DNA of 63,999 nucleotides, filler included, from Ionaspis alba (taxonomy: Eukaryota), in the NCBI GenBank assembly GCA_964255285.1. It is 5 parts of 5 records of this genome, joined end to end, with 100 filler letters (N's around TTAATTAATTAA, not from the genome) between each part and the next. Parts side by side here need not be neighbours in the genome. Positions count along the whole stretch, not along the records: positions 1 to 13,416 come from CAXUUL010000461.1; 4 more parts are not named here. One strand, 5' to 3'. The position numbers and the translations under genes are program-made. Numbering within the stretch: position 1 is the first letter of the stretch; every line of letters starts with the position of its first letter. The notes below the pieces were generated by a model. The model was given only the letters and a program-made list of their open reading frames with translations. It made no database searches and had not been told where the DNA came from. Positions 1 to 11,734 of this stretch are shown one piece after another.

Positions 1-123
1 ATTGTTCGACGATGTAAGCGTAATGAAGAAAGGTTAATTGTATCAATCTGGAAGCTAACTAGCTGGAAACCTTCTCCAACGACAATTGGAAAACTCGACA
101 TGATCACAGATCAAAACACTCTC

Positions 124-1946
124 TCAAACCTCCTGCTTCTCCCCGATGTTATCGGCATTCGCCCCAACGTGCGGTGCGGTAACCTTGATATTTCCCTCCT
201 CAATCTCCTTCTGTAGCTTATCGAGCCTACTTCCTTTAGGCACGCTCTTCCAAGCCGGTCGACCACTGTCAAAGACTTCGTCCATCTCCTCCAACGTCTT
301 GCCCTTGGTCTCGGGTGCAGTTAGGAACATGTGGATGAAAGCTGCACCGTTGAAGGCAGCGAACATCATGTACAGTTTCCAGTTGATGCTCCAGAGAAGA
401 GGTGGCACCGCGAAGGCGAGGGCGCAATTCCAGGTCCAGTTGGAGGCTGTGGCAAGGGACACGGCTTTGGCGCGGATCTGAGATGGGAAGATCTCGGAGG
501 GGTAGGTCCAGGATGTGGGGCCCTTGAGGATCATTAGCCGTGTTTCGAAAGGCAGGAAAATGGTTGATAGCTTACCCAGGTGACTGCGAAGGTGCAGACG
601 AATAGGTAGGACAGTGCAACGATCGCCTTCGACACTGCCTGGTTTCCATCGATGACCCATGTGATGGCGGCCAAGGGTCCTGAGTCTGTGTATTGGCTTC
701 TGCCATAAGACGCTTCAAGAGCTCCAACGATGAATAGTAGAGTCATCATGCCAAAGGATCCAAGAAGGAGGGAAGGTCTACGGCCCCATTTGTCCAGGAA
801 GAGGATCGCCGGGAGTGTGAGAGCAACGTTGAGGATGTATTGGATAGATGCTGTAAGGAGGGGGTCACCTATGCCTGCAGCTTCCATGACATAGACAATG
901 TAGTACATCCTAAAACTCGACGGTTAGAACTCCTCGCATGCAATTGGTCAAGGTCGACGGTGCGTACATCACGTTCATACCACAGAGCTGAGACCACATC
1001 TGGATAGACATGCCCAGTATGACACGCTTCAGCATTCTCGGCTCGGACAGAGCTCTCCAATCCGACTTTGCTTCCTCACGTTGAAGTCTCAAGGCTTCCT
1101 CGATTTCCTGGTACTCGGCTAATACTTTCGGATGGTTGACGTCCCCACGTCCATGAAGACGCGCGAGAACCGTGATTGCCTCCTCCCAGCGATCTTTACT
1201 AGCCAGCCAGCGGGGTGATTTTGGAAAGAAGAACATTCCTCCAAGAAGAATGACGGCGGGTATGATCTGTACCAGCCACGGCAGGCGAAATGCCCATGTG
1301 CCCTGCGTCGGGTTTGATGCACCTCCATCGATGAAAGAGGAGCCGTACTGGACGAAGTACTGAATCAAGATACCCCATGTAATTGCCCATTGCTGCAGCG
1401 AGACGACTCGACCACGAATCTCTTTTGGAGCAATCTCGGCTTGGTAGACCGGGACGATGGACGACGCAATACCTACACAAACACCGGCAACGATACGGCC
1501 GATGACGAGAAGCGCAATGCCGTTGGCTGCGGTCTGGAAACTGCGTTCCGGTTAGTAGAACGCGGTAGGCTTCAGTCATCAATGATTGATCCTACATGGA
1601 GCCAATGATCCAAATCACGGCAGCAACTTGAATGGCAGTCTTTCGCGAGAATCTATCCGCAATGAACGAGGAACCCAGAGCCCCAACGAGGGAGCCTGCA
1701 GGCATAGCACAGGTGATTCCACCTTGACGGTAACCGCCTTGGACATTGAAGAAGTTGGTGTAGGCATAGGTACCGAGGACACCGGACATCGACGAGATAT
1801 CAAAGCCGAACAGTCCACCACCTAGCTTTCGCTATCAGCAATGCTGTAGTCGGAGTAGACATTGAACGGCGTGTCAAGTGTAGATGAGTAGACTGACCAA
1901 TGGCAGCAAAAGAGCAAATCACATATACGTTGTAGACTTGATACAT
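124..1946 (-). CDS. MFS sugar porter family hexose transporter (high-affinity glucose transporter, HGT1-like), multi-exon
   Basis: Spliced translation MYQVYNVYVICSFAAIG/GGLFGFDISSMSG...DRFSRK...QWAITWGILIQY...PKSPRWL...QMWSQLCGMNVMMYY...DKWGRR...YPSEIFP...PETKGKTLEEM. GT-AG introns with CTRAY branch sites join the ORF pieces. Confidence 0.93.
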
Positions 1947-2807
1947 AACGGCCGTTCGAAGGTAGCTCTGCTACCGAAAGGCGCCCACGGGCAATCCAAA
2001 GTCAATTTCGTTCGATTCCACAAAGACTCCAGCGAACAAAAACAGGTGAAGCAAGACGAAACGACACCACGACGGAGCTCATCGATCTGATGCGGGGCAT
2101 CCCAGCATCTTATAACACACTCAAGCCTGCAGTGCTCTGTCGCACGACATCCATGACCCAGCAAGAGTAGCAAGCACCGGAGCGATATTGCCCAAAGAAC
2201 AATCGCTGGTGCTACACCCCCAATGCTTCGACTCATAGGAGTACCCTGCAGCCAGGATACGAGCATGCTTGACCAGTGCATCACAAGACAGCAGTAAAGA
2301 AAGCATTTGAGTGGCTACGTGCCATCTGAGTCGTACAAGGACGCAAGAAGGATTCCTTGCTGATTCCTGTCAGAGCCCCGAAAAGGCACCCCGGGTTCCG
2401 AAGGCCTTGCAACGGTGCTGGTCAGCAGCCCAAAGCTACAGATTTCCCCGCATATGGGTGGGATGCGTTGGATGTAGAAATGGCCAGCATGTTCGCCAAT
2501 CGTCTTCGTGGAGGATGACTTCAGCTGTGGGGATGGGGAATGGTGTGGTGGGCGAGATGAGGTGCAGGAATGTTTTACATGGATCGTCCACTGCAAATCG
2601 GAGCACCTTCCACAACAGTCCACATGCAGTCGAAGCAAAGAACTTTACAGCTCGTACTCCAATCGAGGTACCATTGAATTATTATAATCAGCTCGGTCAG
2701 ATGTCGCCGCATTGGGAAAATTATTCGTGAAAGGCAATTAGAAGTATCTAACTCTCCACACATTACCATTCGTATGCCTGGAGTCTAGCAGCGTAATTCA
2801 ATATCGT

Positions 2808-4158
2808 TCAGAGTCTTGCTTTCCCATCAGGCCACGCAAGCCTACTCTCATCCCCCTCACTCCACCAGCCTCTTCCACCGCGTAGCCACACCTTTGACCT
2901 CTCCGCCCACGATCTTGTTATTTGCTCAAAGCGCTCATCGGAATCTTGCACATTAAGCTTTCTCCAGTTCTCCAACGCTTCCCCTGCGTCGAAGGGCTTA
3001 GCAAAGAGACCCCATTGGCAGAGCCTATCATAATCAAACATGACATATCCACGCTTCCGTAGCTGCTCCTGCTCGGGTCTGAAAAAATCTGGCGCTTCTC
3101 CTTGATAAGCCCATTGCCAGGCTTCCATGGGTCCTATATCATCATCTTCCACGAAGATTTGTTGGTAGAGTTTACGTCGATCATCTTCGCTGAGTCGACC
3201 GTAAGCAACGTCGTTGAAGTCCTGTGGGTCGACAGATGAAAGATAGGGACCATCAGTGAGTGCTCTAGTCAAGGCACCATCACTATATTTGAGCTCGGGT
3301 GCTAGCATGTGGTAGCGTTCGCTGTAGGTATCTGCGGTTACTAATTGATGGAGCCAGCCCAGCCCAAGCGCGAGGTAATGTTCGGGGTAATCGTCAAAGC
3401 TGCTTGGGCTGTCATCCATATATCTGATGGACTTGTTTCCCCATTCGATGTCATGTTCAGCCACATCGTTGAATGCTTTGATTTTGTCAACAATCCGTGC
3501 CAGTATATTAGTGGTAGAGTGGAAGCATACGTATAGATAGTTTCCACCACAAGTATTCGTAAACAGATGCCAGCTGCTCATTCTCCCAAGGCAGAAATCT
3601 GTCAACAACTAGGGTTCGTATTTCCTGCGCCTCTAGAGAACTAATGGATCGAACTGCGCCATCGCGAATTAGATTACAATAAAGCTCGAAGCGGTAGAAA
3701 GCTCGTTCAATGCGATCCATTTCCGTTGATGTTAATACGAGCTGATTTTCCTCTGGTAAGCCGGTGACAAGATTTGTACAGAGCGTGGAAGAAAAGTCTC
3801 TGGCAAAGTAGCCGACATCGTGGCGAAGCCTACTTAGTTCCAGAGAATCTGACAATGACCAGGAGTCTGGTATCAACGCTGCCCCACTTTGGAACTGCGC
3901 GAGAAGCTTTTGTATACTATCACCAATGTGCGGTCGAAGGCGGGCTGAAGCTAGTGTCAGGAGAGCAGCGCGAAGTGTGCCTTCTGAGAATTCGTTATGC
4001 AGCACAGCTAGCAAGATAGAAGACCTGGTGGCAAGAAAGGCTCGATAGAAGGATGTAGTGCTAAGTGCCAGAGCTCTCAACGAGAAACTGTCTCGAGACT
4101 GACTGAGAATAGCTTGCAGCAGCTCAACTGGCAAACTGGCGAAAGTGGAAGAAGTCAT
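2808..4158 (-). CDS. Fungal hypothetical protein with F-box-like N-terminus (two exons)
   Basis: ORFs 3508..4158 and 2808..3608 are joined by a short GTATGC...AAG intron near 3480-3530. N-terminus FASLPVELLQAIL is F-box-like; E.DRIERAFYRFELY and LRKRGYVMFD are motifs typical of a widespread fungal hypothetical family. Confidence 0.7.
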
Positions 4159-5129
4159 GACTTCTGGTGATGGTTAGTGAGGACTAGTTATTCTGCAATA
4201 GTGGAAGGAAAAGAGGAGGACCAGGGAAATGAAGGAGAGGATGTTAAGGTGTAATGAAGCTCGTGGACCAGTTACCCGTGGATTTACCAAAAAATGCTTT
4301 AAAAAGTGTCTGACTATATGCAAAGGTTGAAGCACAAACACAAGGCTTCTTGTTATGTCATTTGATGAATTTGGCGCAGTAATCGTTTCAACATATACTT
4401 TGGTCGAGATGACGCTAAACCAGATCTGATGTGACTTCCCGTGCTCGGCGTCTTTTTTTTGCGTTCCGCCGAGAACTCGTGCGACTCCTCTATTCAATAA
4501 CTGTCTGTCAGGTGCTTACCGTTAAGATAAACCCACACTGCATCCGTCTCCTCTCATCAATGGCTAATACTTCAGATTTATGATCAAATTCTCATTGGAA
4601 ATTGTGCTCAGAGCCTTTGGGATATTAGTGCTAGAAGCAGATGAGATGCTCGAGGAACCTATCATGTCTGAGTCTTCTGCTTCCCAGAAGATACAGTACA
4701 ACTTGTTCCTATATGAAAGACCCATCCAGGAGCAATATGAGCTATAACCAGTCCTTCAATCGCTTCTTAGTTGCTCACAAAGCTGTCAGAATCCTTTCGT
4801 TTTCTACATAATCCACTTTCATTGCCAGTACAATGGCTATATCTTCTTGTTACCAGACCACAGTGGCTTTGTTTAACAACGATGTTCCCCGGCTCCATTT
4901 ATCCGGAAGACTTCACGTCTATTTGAACATACCAAGGTCATGCAGCAGCAAACTTTCCTAGGCCATACTCACGTCGTTACGGCAAAGCCCGAGCAATCCG
5001 CGACTCGTATGAGAGTGAGGAAGAGATTCCTTTAAGCAAAGTCAATCCAGAACCTGGAATGATTCCTATGAGCGCTGACTCGGTTCGCTCGACTGAAAGG
5101 TACATATGCTTTATACTGTTTAATTAGAC

Positions 5130-5369
5130 TGTAACGTTAGGTCGAATAGGGATGCTATTCCTGTGCGTTTATGCCGCCAAGGGTAACCTGCTTGTTTCCA
5201 GGGGTGTAGGCACCCCTACCCAACCCCCGGCTGGGGGGGGGGGGTTGGTCTCTGTAGTGTGTAACTCTGTAGATTGATTGTAGACTAAAAAGGGACTATA
5301 TACGTACGCTAGTCACGTGCACTAGCGTAGTCTTGGCCCTATGGCAACCCCTATGCCTGAATCCTGACC
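5130..5369 (-). mobile_element. Probable solo LTR of an LTR retrotransposon (~240 bp)
   Basis: Minus strand reads (G)GTCAGG...CGTTACA, i.e. a TG..CA LTR with one terminal mismatch. It contains TATATA, a near-palindromic CTAGTCACGTGCACTAG core and several hairpins. No target-site duplication and no coding region found. Confidence 0.55.
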
Positions 5370-6037
5370 TAATAATTTTGATAATTTTGATCCCAATCTA
5401 TTGAAGGATGTCCCGCCTTTTTGTCAACTTTGACATAAGAAATATCAAGAGATTTTGTCCAGTGGCTGTGAAGCTACGAAGCGTGGCCAGCCTTTTAGTA
5501 TCTATACTCGATTGATAGCGATCAAGACAATAGCTTTAAAAGCATAGACATCAATTGATGACGCTCTATGATGTTCCGATACAGTGGTGTTGGATACATT
5601 CGGTCTTGAGCGACATGAGGGATAATGGGGGACGGCAGGAGCTTCGACATACTCGGAACTGATTGTCTTGCTGGTTTGGCCCTCGGATCATATCTGCAGG
5701 CTGGTCAAAACTGCGGTATCCACGGACTCAGAGATCTCGCAGCTAGACCGATGCAGTTCTTCTCCGCATGGTGCATACGAACCACTACTAGATAGAAAAT
5801 AATCGTATAAGCTCCGCCTTCTTTTCCTCCCTTGTATAGGCCATTCACCATCCCGCTCGCGTCCGTCGTCATCGTGCTTGATATGCTCCTCCAGCCCCTC
5901 ACCTCACATCATTTGACCAGCCGGTTGTTTGCGAGGGCTGACACTCCGCAACCTCACTCCCTTTAAAGAGTTGGTTGCACCTATCCCCAGCTGTCTCTTT
6001 GATATCTGTTTTTTGGCTTTCAGACCCGATACATTGG

Positions 6038-6599
6038 TTAAAGAACCTCGGAATTCGACTCGATTACAGAAGACCGGCTTGGCTCATTGTTCGTCTCACG
6101 TCGCTCCTCCCAGGCGCGTCTTTGTACGTCCCACTCTTGTCCTGTCTCCAGTTCTCTAAGCTCTTTACTCGCATCGTGCACTTTCTGCCAATCATAATAG
6201 CCCTGTTGCCGCTCGTCCCCGGTTTCATTCATCTCATGCCAGAAGTGGACTCTACTACCGAAGTGTTTCTTTGCAATTTTGTGCACACTCCTGATGTACG
6301 GTTCCGCCGGGGTTGTCAGGCACCCGCTAACCTTCGAGCTGAAGCGGAGGAAGTATTCGCACCGGTCGGGATTGCTGGGCATGCGCGGACACTCGCCGAC
6401 CATAAACCGAATATAAACCTTTTCCGCGTGGTCGGAATCTGTCGGCATATCCAAAACTTTACCATCCGCCCGTCGTCCTTTCTTGTCATAGACGTCGTTA
6501 TATGTGTGTGATTTCTTCAAGAAATCGTTGGTAGGCCTGTTTATTTACGGCAGTCGCTTCCAGCCGTGGATAAATGTCGAAACCACAGTCGAAGCCCAT
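6038..6599 (-). pseudogene. Fungal hypothetical protein (MGFDCGFDIYPRL...) with a frameshift
   Basis: ATG at 6599 reads MGFDCGFDIYPRLEATAVNKQAYQRFLEEI then hits TAA. The coding-like ORF 6038..6520 continues in another frame (79 nt offset, not a multiple of 3). No intron of plausible size repairs it. Confidence 0.6.
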
Positions 6600-6793
6600 C
6601 GTGGAGGGAGGGGAGAAGGGGCAGATCAAACTTTGCGGATCGTCGATGTTTGGGAGAGGGTGGGAGGAGCTTAAAGATCGGCTCGCGTGCGGGGTAAAAA
6701 GCAGATGAGGCTTTCCTGCTAGATATTATTGTTGCTCATGACATCGGCAACCTTACCGTACTAACTCAAAACACGATCATCGCGCAATCGAAA

Positions 6794-7291
6794 ATGGCGA
6801 GGAAGAAGTTCTCCAAGCTCAAGGGAGAAACGAGGATTTCCTTCATGTTTCCGTCGCTCCATCAGGACGTCGTGAACGCGGTCTCCGACGAAATCACCTC
6901 GACGTGGTTCCACGACAAGGACAGCGACAGAGATTCCAACAACGAATACTCGACCCACGTCATGGGCAAGTTCAACTGCAACAACAATGCCTGTTCCACA
7001 GATGGCTGGGGCAGCAAGAAGGTGGCCATACTGATAAGAGGATATCCTATGAATGGGTACAACGCTGTGGTGTTCAATCAGCGTTGCAGGGCCTGCAACC
7101 GTCTAGGCACGCTAGTACTGGACGAGAAATCATATGTCGACCGAGTTGCATACAGGCTGAAGAAGTGGGCAGGTATTCAAATAGAACAGCGATACTACGC
7201 TCCGAAAGAAGGCCTACCGCACGCGAGAAACCTCTGCGAAGGTTGTAGGAGGGGTGTTTGTCGGCAGACGAATGTCTGGGAATATTATTAG
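6794..7291 (+). CDS. zf-3CxxC zinc-binding domain protein (RTP/ZAR1-type fold), intronless
   Basis: 165 aa with GKFNCNNNAC..GWGSKKVAI...VFNQRCRAC...PH...LCEGCRRGVC: three CxxC-type pairs plus His, the 3CxxC pattern. Confidence 0.85.
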   Translation: MARKKFSKLKGETRISFMFPSLHQDVVNAVSDEITSTWFHDKDSDRDSNNEYSTHVMGKFNCNNNACSTDGWGSKKVAILIRGYPMNGYNAVVFNQRCRACNRLGTLVLDEKSYVDRVAYRLKKWAGIQIEQRYYAPKEGLPHARNLCEGCRRGVCRQTNVWEYY

Positions 7292-8126
7292 TTGCTGCGA
7301 GTCGAAGTCCGAGGGAAGCAATTTGCGTATTTTGAGTGGCAACGACTTTTCGAGAATGGGTTCCGGTTAATCGCTTCAGCTTTAGGATGAACGACTGACG
7401 AAGACATCTGATATGTTAGCGTAGCTTGGAGCCCAGCAGCACCGAGGCCGATATGCTTTGGAAATGTCTCTAGAACTAGGCATTATGGATTCCACAGGAA
7501 AACATCTAAAACAGGTCAGGTAATGCGGTGGGCTTCGTGGCATATGGAGAGGCCAAGCTTTGGAGAAGATGCATTTAATAGCCATGTAGCAGCCACCAAA
7601 TGTCATCCGCCATGTGAATCAAGAATCAAGCTGTCGAGCTCACCATTGACGATAACACCAGCCTTCCAAACTGCAATCCGCAATTGATTTCGCGGCAGAG
7701 TCCATCTTTCTCGATCTTCCGAGAGGCATGGTGCAGTCCAGATGAGAACAGACTACGGATGTTACAGCAAACTAATAGCAGAGAGGAAACCTGGGAGAAT
7801 GACACTCCTAGCGATTTGCTTGTACAGCACGAAGATTCATTCTCATCCACCACGATCTCACATTGTCTTGCGTTGTCAGGATACAGATAAGCGTCCAGCT
7901 TTCAAGAACCAATCACTTTACCTCAGATATGTCGCATTTCAAGTATCAATGCTGGGAAACGTACCGTTCAATGTCGAAATTGTCATTTCCTTATATTTAT
8001 GTGAAGGTCTTTCCTTTTCATCGTATAGCTTGTTAGTCTGATTATTTAATAAAGTGGGACTTTGTACGAGATCCTATGATACTAAGTATCCACCACACAG
8101 TTTCTACATCGTAATGCAGCCTCTAC

Positions 8127-9438
8127 TTAGTGCAAACCATGTGACCGACGTGCATGGATGTGATCTTCACGTAATACCGTTTGTAGTAAAGCTAGAGCCA
8201 GCCCATTTCCCGAGTTCAAAAGCTCCTGCACCTCCTCATAATCCAGCAATTCCCGATGTTCGTTCAACGTGTCAATGACGACGGTTCTTAACCCCTGATC
8301 CACACTCAGTGTGCTCTCGCAGACAAGGTTTGCAGCATAGGGGAAGGAACTGCTCTTCCAATTGTGCTCGCTCTTTACTGCATCGGCGAACTTGCTTCTT
8401 GCGAGTTCTTTCAGGTCGTCAATGCTGTTTATTATGTTAGGCCAGAGTCGCTCTGGAGGATGAGCAGGGCGAAATGACTGGAGAAGAGAACAGGAAAGGG
8501 ACTGAGACTCTTGTCTTATGGAGCAGGGTCCAAGACAGAGGCTTGAGAGGACTTACCCATACTTGTCAGCAAGAGCGTACATGAGGGCGTTAATGCCTAA
8601 CTCGGTATTATCGAGGTCGTTGTCGGGTGTGTCAAAGTGGAAGTGTCGTACAACCTCAGATTTCGACACAGTTGAAAGTTTTGACTTCGAAGCAGGTTCA
8701 GGAGGTGGAAAACCTTCCCATGAGAATAAGTGCTTCCTCTTTTTCTTGTCATTCTTACTTGTTTTGAATCTCCTGGAGAAATCGTCTTCTGTAGTAAATG
8801 CGGGCACTGGCATCGATTCCTCAACTGGAACATCCTCCGCAGGAGCTTCCTCAGCTTGAGGCTCTTCATCAGCTGGCATCGCTTCTTCCTCAGCTGGCAT
8901 ATCTTCCTCAACTCGGGTATCTTCCACAGAAGCTCCAGCTGCAGATTTTTCTATCTGTCCAAGGCTCTTTAAATACTCGACTTTCCTTTCTACTGGTGAC
9001 TCGGGCGATTTCGCCCCATTGATGGTCACTTTAGTAGATATTGTTGTCTCCTTGACTTGGGGACTGTCATCATAGTTGAGTTGGTAGAAATAGTCAATCA
9101 TTAGCTTGATCAGCCTTGGCTCGTCATCCTCAAGTGTGATCTCCTCTTTAGGCTTCTTACTCTGGACCGTCGATCAGCGAGGATATAGTAGTGTATGTTG
9201 CCATTCAACTTACCCTGCCCCATTTACATGATTTCGCAAAGTAGGCTGAGCGTGAGCATATAATAGCCTTGTGAGCATGAAAGACTGCATCGCCGCAAAA
9301 TATCTTGAGGTCAGAATATTCTCCTGATGATTGGAGCCTTTGAGGCTCAATAGTTAGCTTGAGTGCCACCAGGCTGGTAGAATGCAGAACTCACGATTTT
9401 AATGAGGCCAACAACGCTTGAGTTGCTTTCCCGGACAT
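8127..9438 (-). CDS. BTB/POZ domain protein (four exons) with acidic low-complexity insert
   Basis: Spliced MSGKATQALLASLK/..SGEYSDLKIFCGDAVFHAHKAIICSRSAYF../EITLEDDEPRLIKLMIDYFYQLNY...MYALADKYG/IDDLKELARSKF...DQGLRTVVIDTL...; stop TAA at 8127-8129; GT-AG introns. Confidence 0.85.
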
Positions 9439-9574
9439 CGTTACAAAATGACCGGAAATATTCACAGATCTACAGAAGTCGAGGAGCGTCAAGATTGAAC
9501 AGCATGTAGAAGGATATCAAAATACTGCGGCTCTTGGATTATGACAGCACATACCTGCATAATGCTGTGTAACC

Positions 9575-10089
9575 CTATGAATCACGAAGATGGTCCTCAA
9601 GCGCAGTTGGTGAGACGAATGGCCATTCGCAATGCTCACACCATTTCCCATGGTGGATTTTTGCTGCTCGACAATGCTGCAGTAAATGTTCTTTAGAGCT
9701 GAATGTACGGTTATCGCAAAAAGTGCATGCAAATGTGGCCTGATCTGTGGAAATAATGATTTGATTTTCCCTTATCATTGTGAAAATGGTGCTGCAACGG
9801 TGAAGGAGGTTCTCGGTGTTCAAATTACCTGGCTCTATGTACCCCGCGCTGCAGCCGCTCAGGCTGCAGAGAAGCTGCAGATGAAACGTACAGCCGAGTC
9901 ACTTTCGCCGCTATCTTCAGGCATCAACTGACCCGGAGCCACGTCCGAAAAGTGCCCCAATCCACAAGCATTACAGTACGTTTTGTCAGGGACAACATAA
10001 AAGCGGGCGTCCTTCTGGCAGCGGTTGCATGGAGCCGCTTTTGGCAGCTGGGGGTGTCTCCATGGCGCTAGAAGAATTTCGCACCCCAC
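9575..10089 (-). pseudogene. Decayed Cys/His-rich gene containing C2H2-type zinc fingers
   Basis: Broken ORFs FACTFCDNRTFSSKEHLLQHC...WCEHCEWPFVSPTALEDHLRDS* and CNRC...CNAC, separated by stops, with no clear ATG or splice repair. Confidence 0.4.
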
Positions 10090-11734
10090 CCCCGAACGAA
10101 ATGCATCTCAGCTCTTGGCAAACCATTGAAGTCGCTTTTGAGGATGTGAGTACCTATCACTAAGCAAAGAGCAGACACTGAGCAAACGGTGGGTCGAAGC
10201 AAGCTGTCTGTCAAGGTCAAAGCTACAACCACAAATAAACATGGGCGTGCCGACTTCTTGGGGTGTTTCAGATCTGATCATGGCATTCTGCTCTCCACGT
10301 CTTCCTGTGGGTTGACCATGTGTGTGCCGTCCTTTCCGCCACGGGTTGACTGTAGCCTCGTCAACGCGACGGTAAGCAAAGAGGCAGTCAGGCCAAAGCC
10401 ATTCCCTCTTTGAATCCATTTCTCTACCTCATATCCGCCAAGAACCAGAAACAAGACCTAACCCTAATATCAGATGGCTGCGGCGGCACCGTCCACGGTT
10501 ATTGGTGGGTGCAGGTGAGGTGCCTAGTTAAGACCTGAAATACGCGAAGATGATCACTTTCAGTGGCTGCAACATGGTCCCAACACAAAAGCGTGGTGCC
10601 GGCATGGCATTTGTGTCAGGTAGGAGGTTGCTTACCGGCAACCGGCAGTGGAGGAAAGTTATAAAATATGCCACGATTGCAACCATCTTCTTCCAAATCG
10701 ATTGCCTTTTTTCGTCGAATCTGCAATATATCCTGCGCAAAATACACAAAATTCAGAAGTGCGACAAAGAGCAGGAATATGACGGAGATCAAGCCGGGCG
10801 GAAAAGAATTCGATTCTCAAGGCAAACCGTTTGATGAACACAGTCTACTTCGTTCGTGTGCCCGACCGTGGCGATCTAATTCGCATTCTTGGATGTCATC
10901 TCGACGCAGATATGGGTTCTGAAGAAGCACGGCAGTGCATACTCGACTTCCGAAACTTTGACGGAGTAATTCTGGGGGAGTCCGCCAAAGAGATGCCATA
11001 ATCTGAGTAGCAGTTGCAGTGTTCTCCAATACATAAGCTAATTCTCCATTCCTTTACAGGTCTGACTCTAATTCATGTTCATCATTCAGCTCACTATTTG
11101 CTGGTCTGATTGGATGTGGGTGATTGGGTTGCTGAGGAAGGACATAGTCACGGCGTGATTTCATTTGAGCAAATGCAATCAGCCCTAGTAGATGACAACG
11201 CCTTCACCTGCCACCAACCAGATCATGCTGAACTTGTCAGTCCTTTCTTGAAGAGAGCTAAGACCTGACTTACTTGACAAAGTTACTTTGTGGTGGCTGA
11301 ACCCGTCCGAGCTACAAAATCAAGCACCTTTGGCGTGTAGCGATTGACATCAGGCTGGCAATCATATTGCTTTGTCTTTGTTGCCAGGTACGTGATGATT
11401 TCACCAAGAGCTTGAACACCTCGACAGCCGCTTCGAGCCACTTGGCTCTCCCGTTGGCAAGTTTCCATCTCCACTATTTGATATATCATTATCCAAGGCG
11501 AAATGACAAAATTTCACAAATTAACAAGAACTGTTGAAAATGTCAGGCGCCCATGCACGAGGCTGTGTGTTCCTAAAAATTGGAGCTCTTCCAGAATCTT
11601 TCGTATTCACAATCCTCAATACAGAATCACAGCAGGAAGGCTTCCACTTCCTTAGAATGTTGCTACAGGGAGTACTCCAGTAACATTTTGGTCAACAGAA
11701 TTGACATTTAGCATTCCTCGCACTCAGCTTTCCT

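Noticed and set aside
4444..4473. CTCGGCG...CGCCGAG hairpin as a Helitron end or terminator
   Set aside because: Only a 7-bp stem, with no CTRR end downstream and no supporting coding sequence.
8260..8300. Possible frameshift in the last exon of the BTB gene
   Set aside because: Careful reading gives TTA AGA ACC GTC GTC ATT GAC in frame; the gene is intact.
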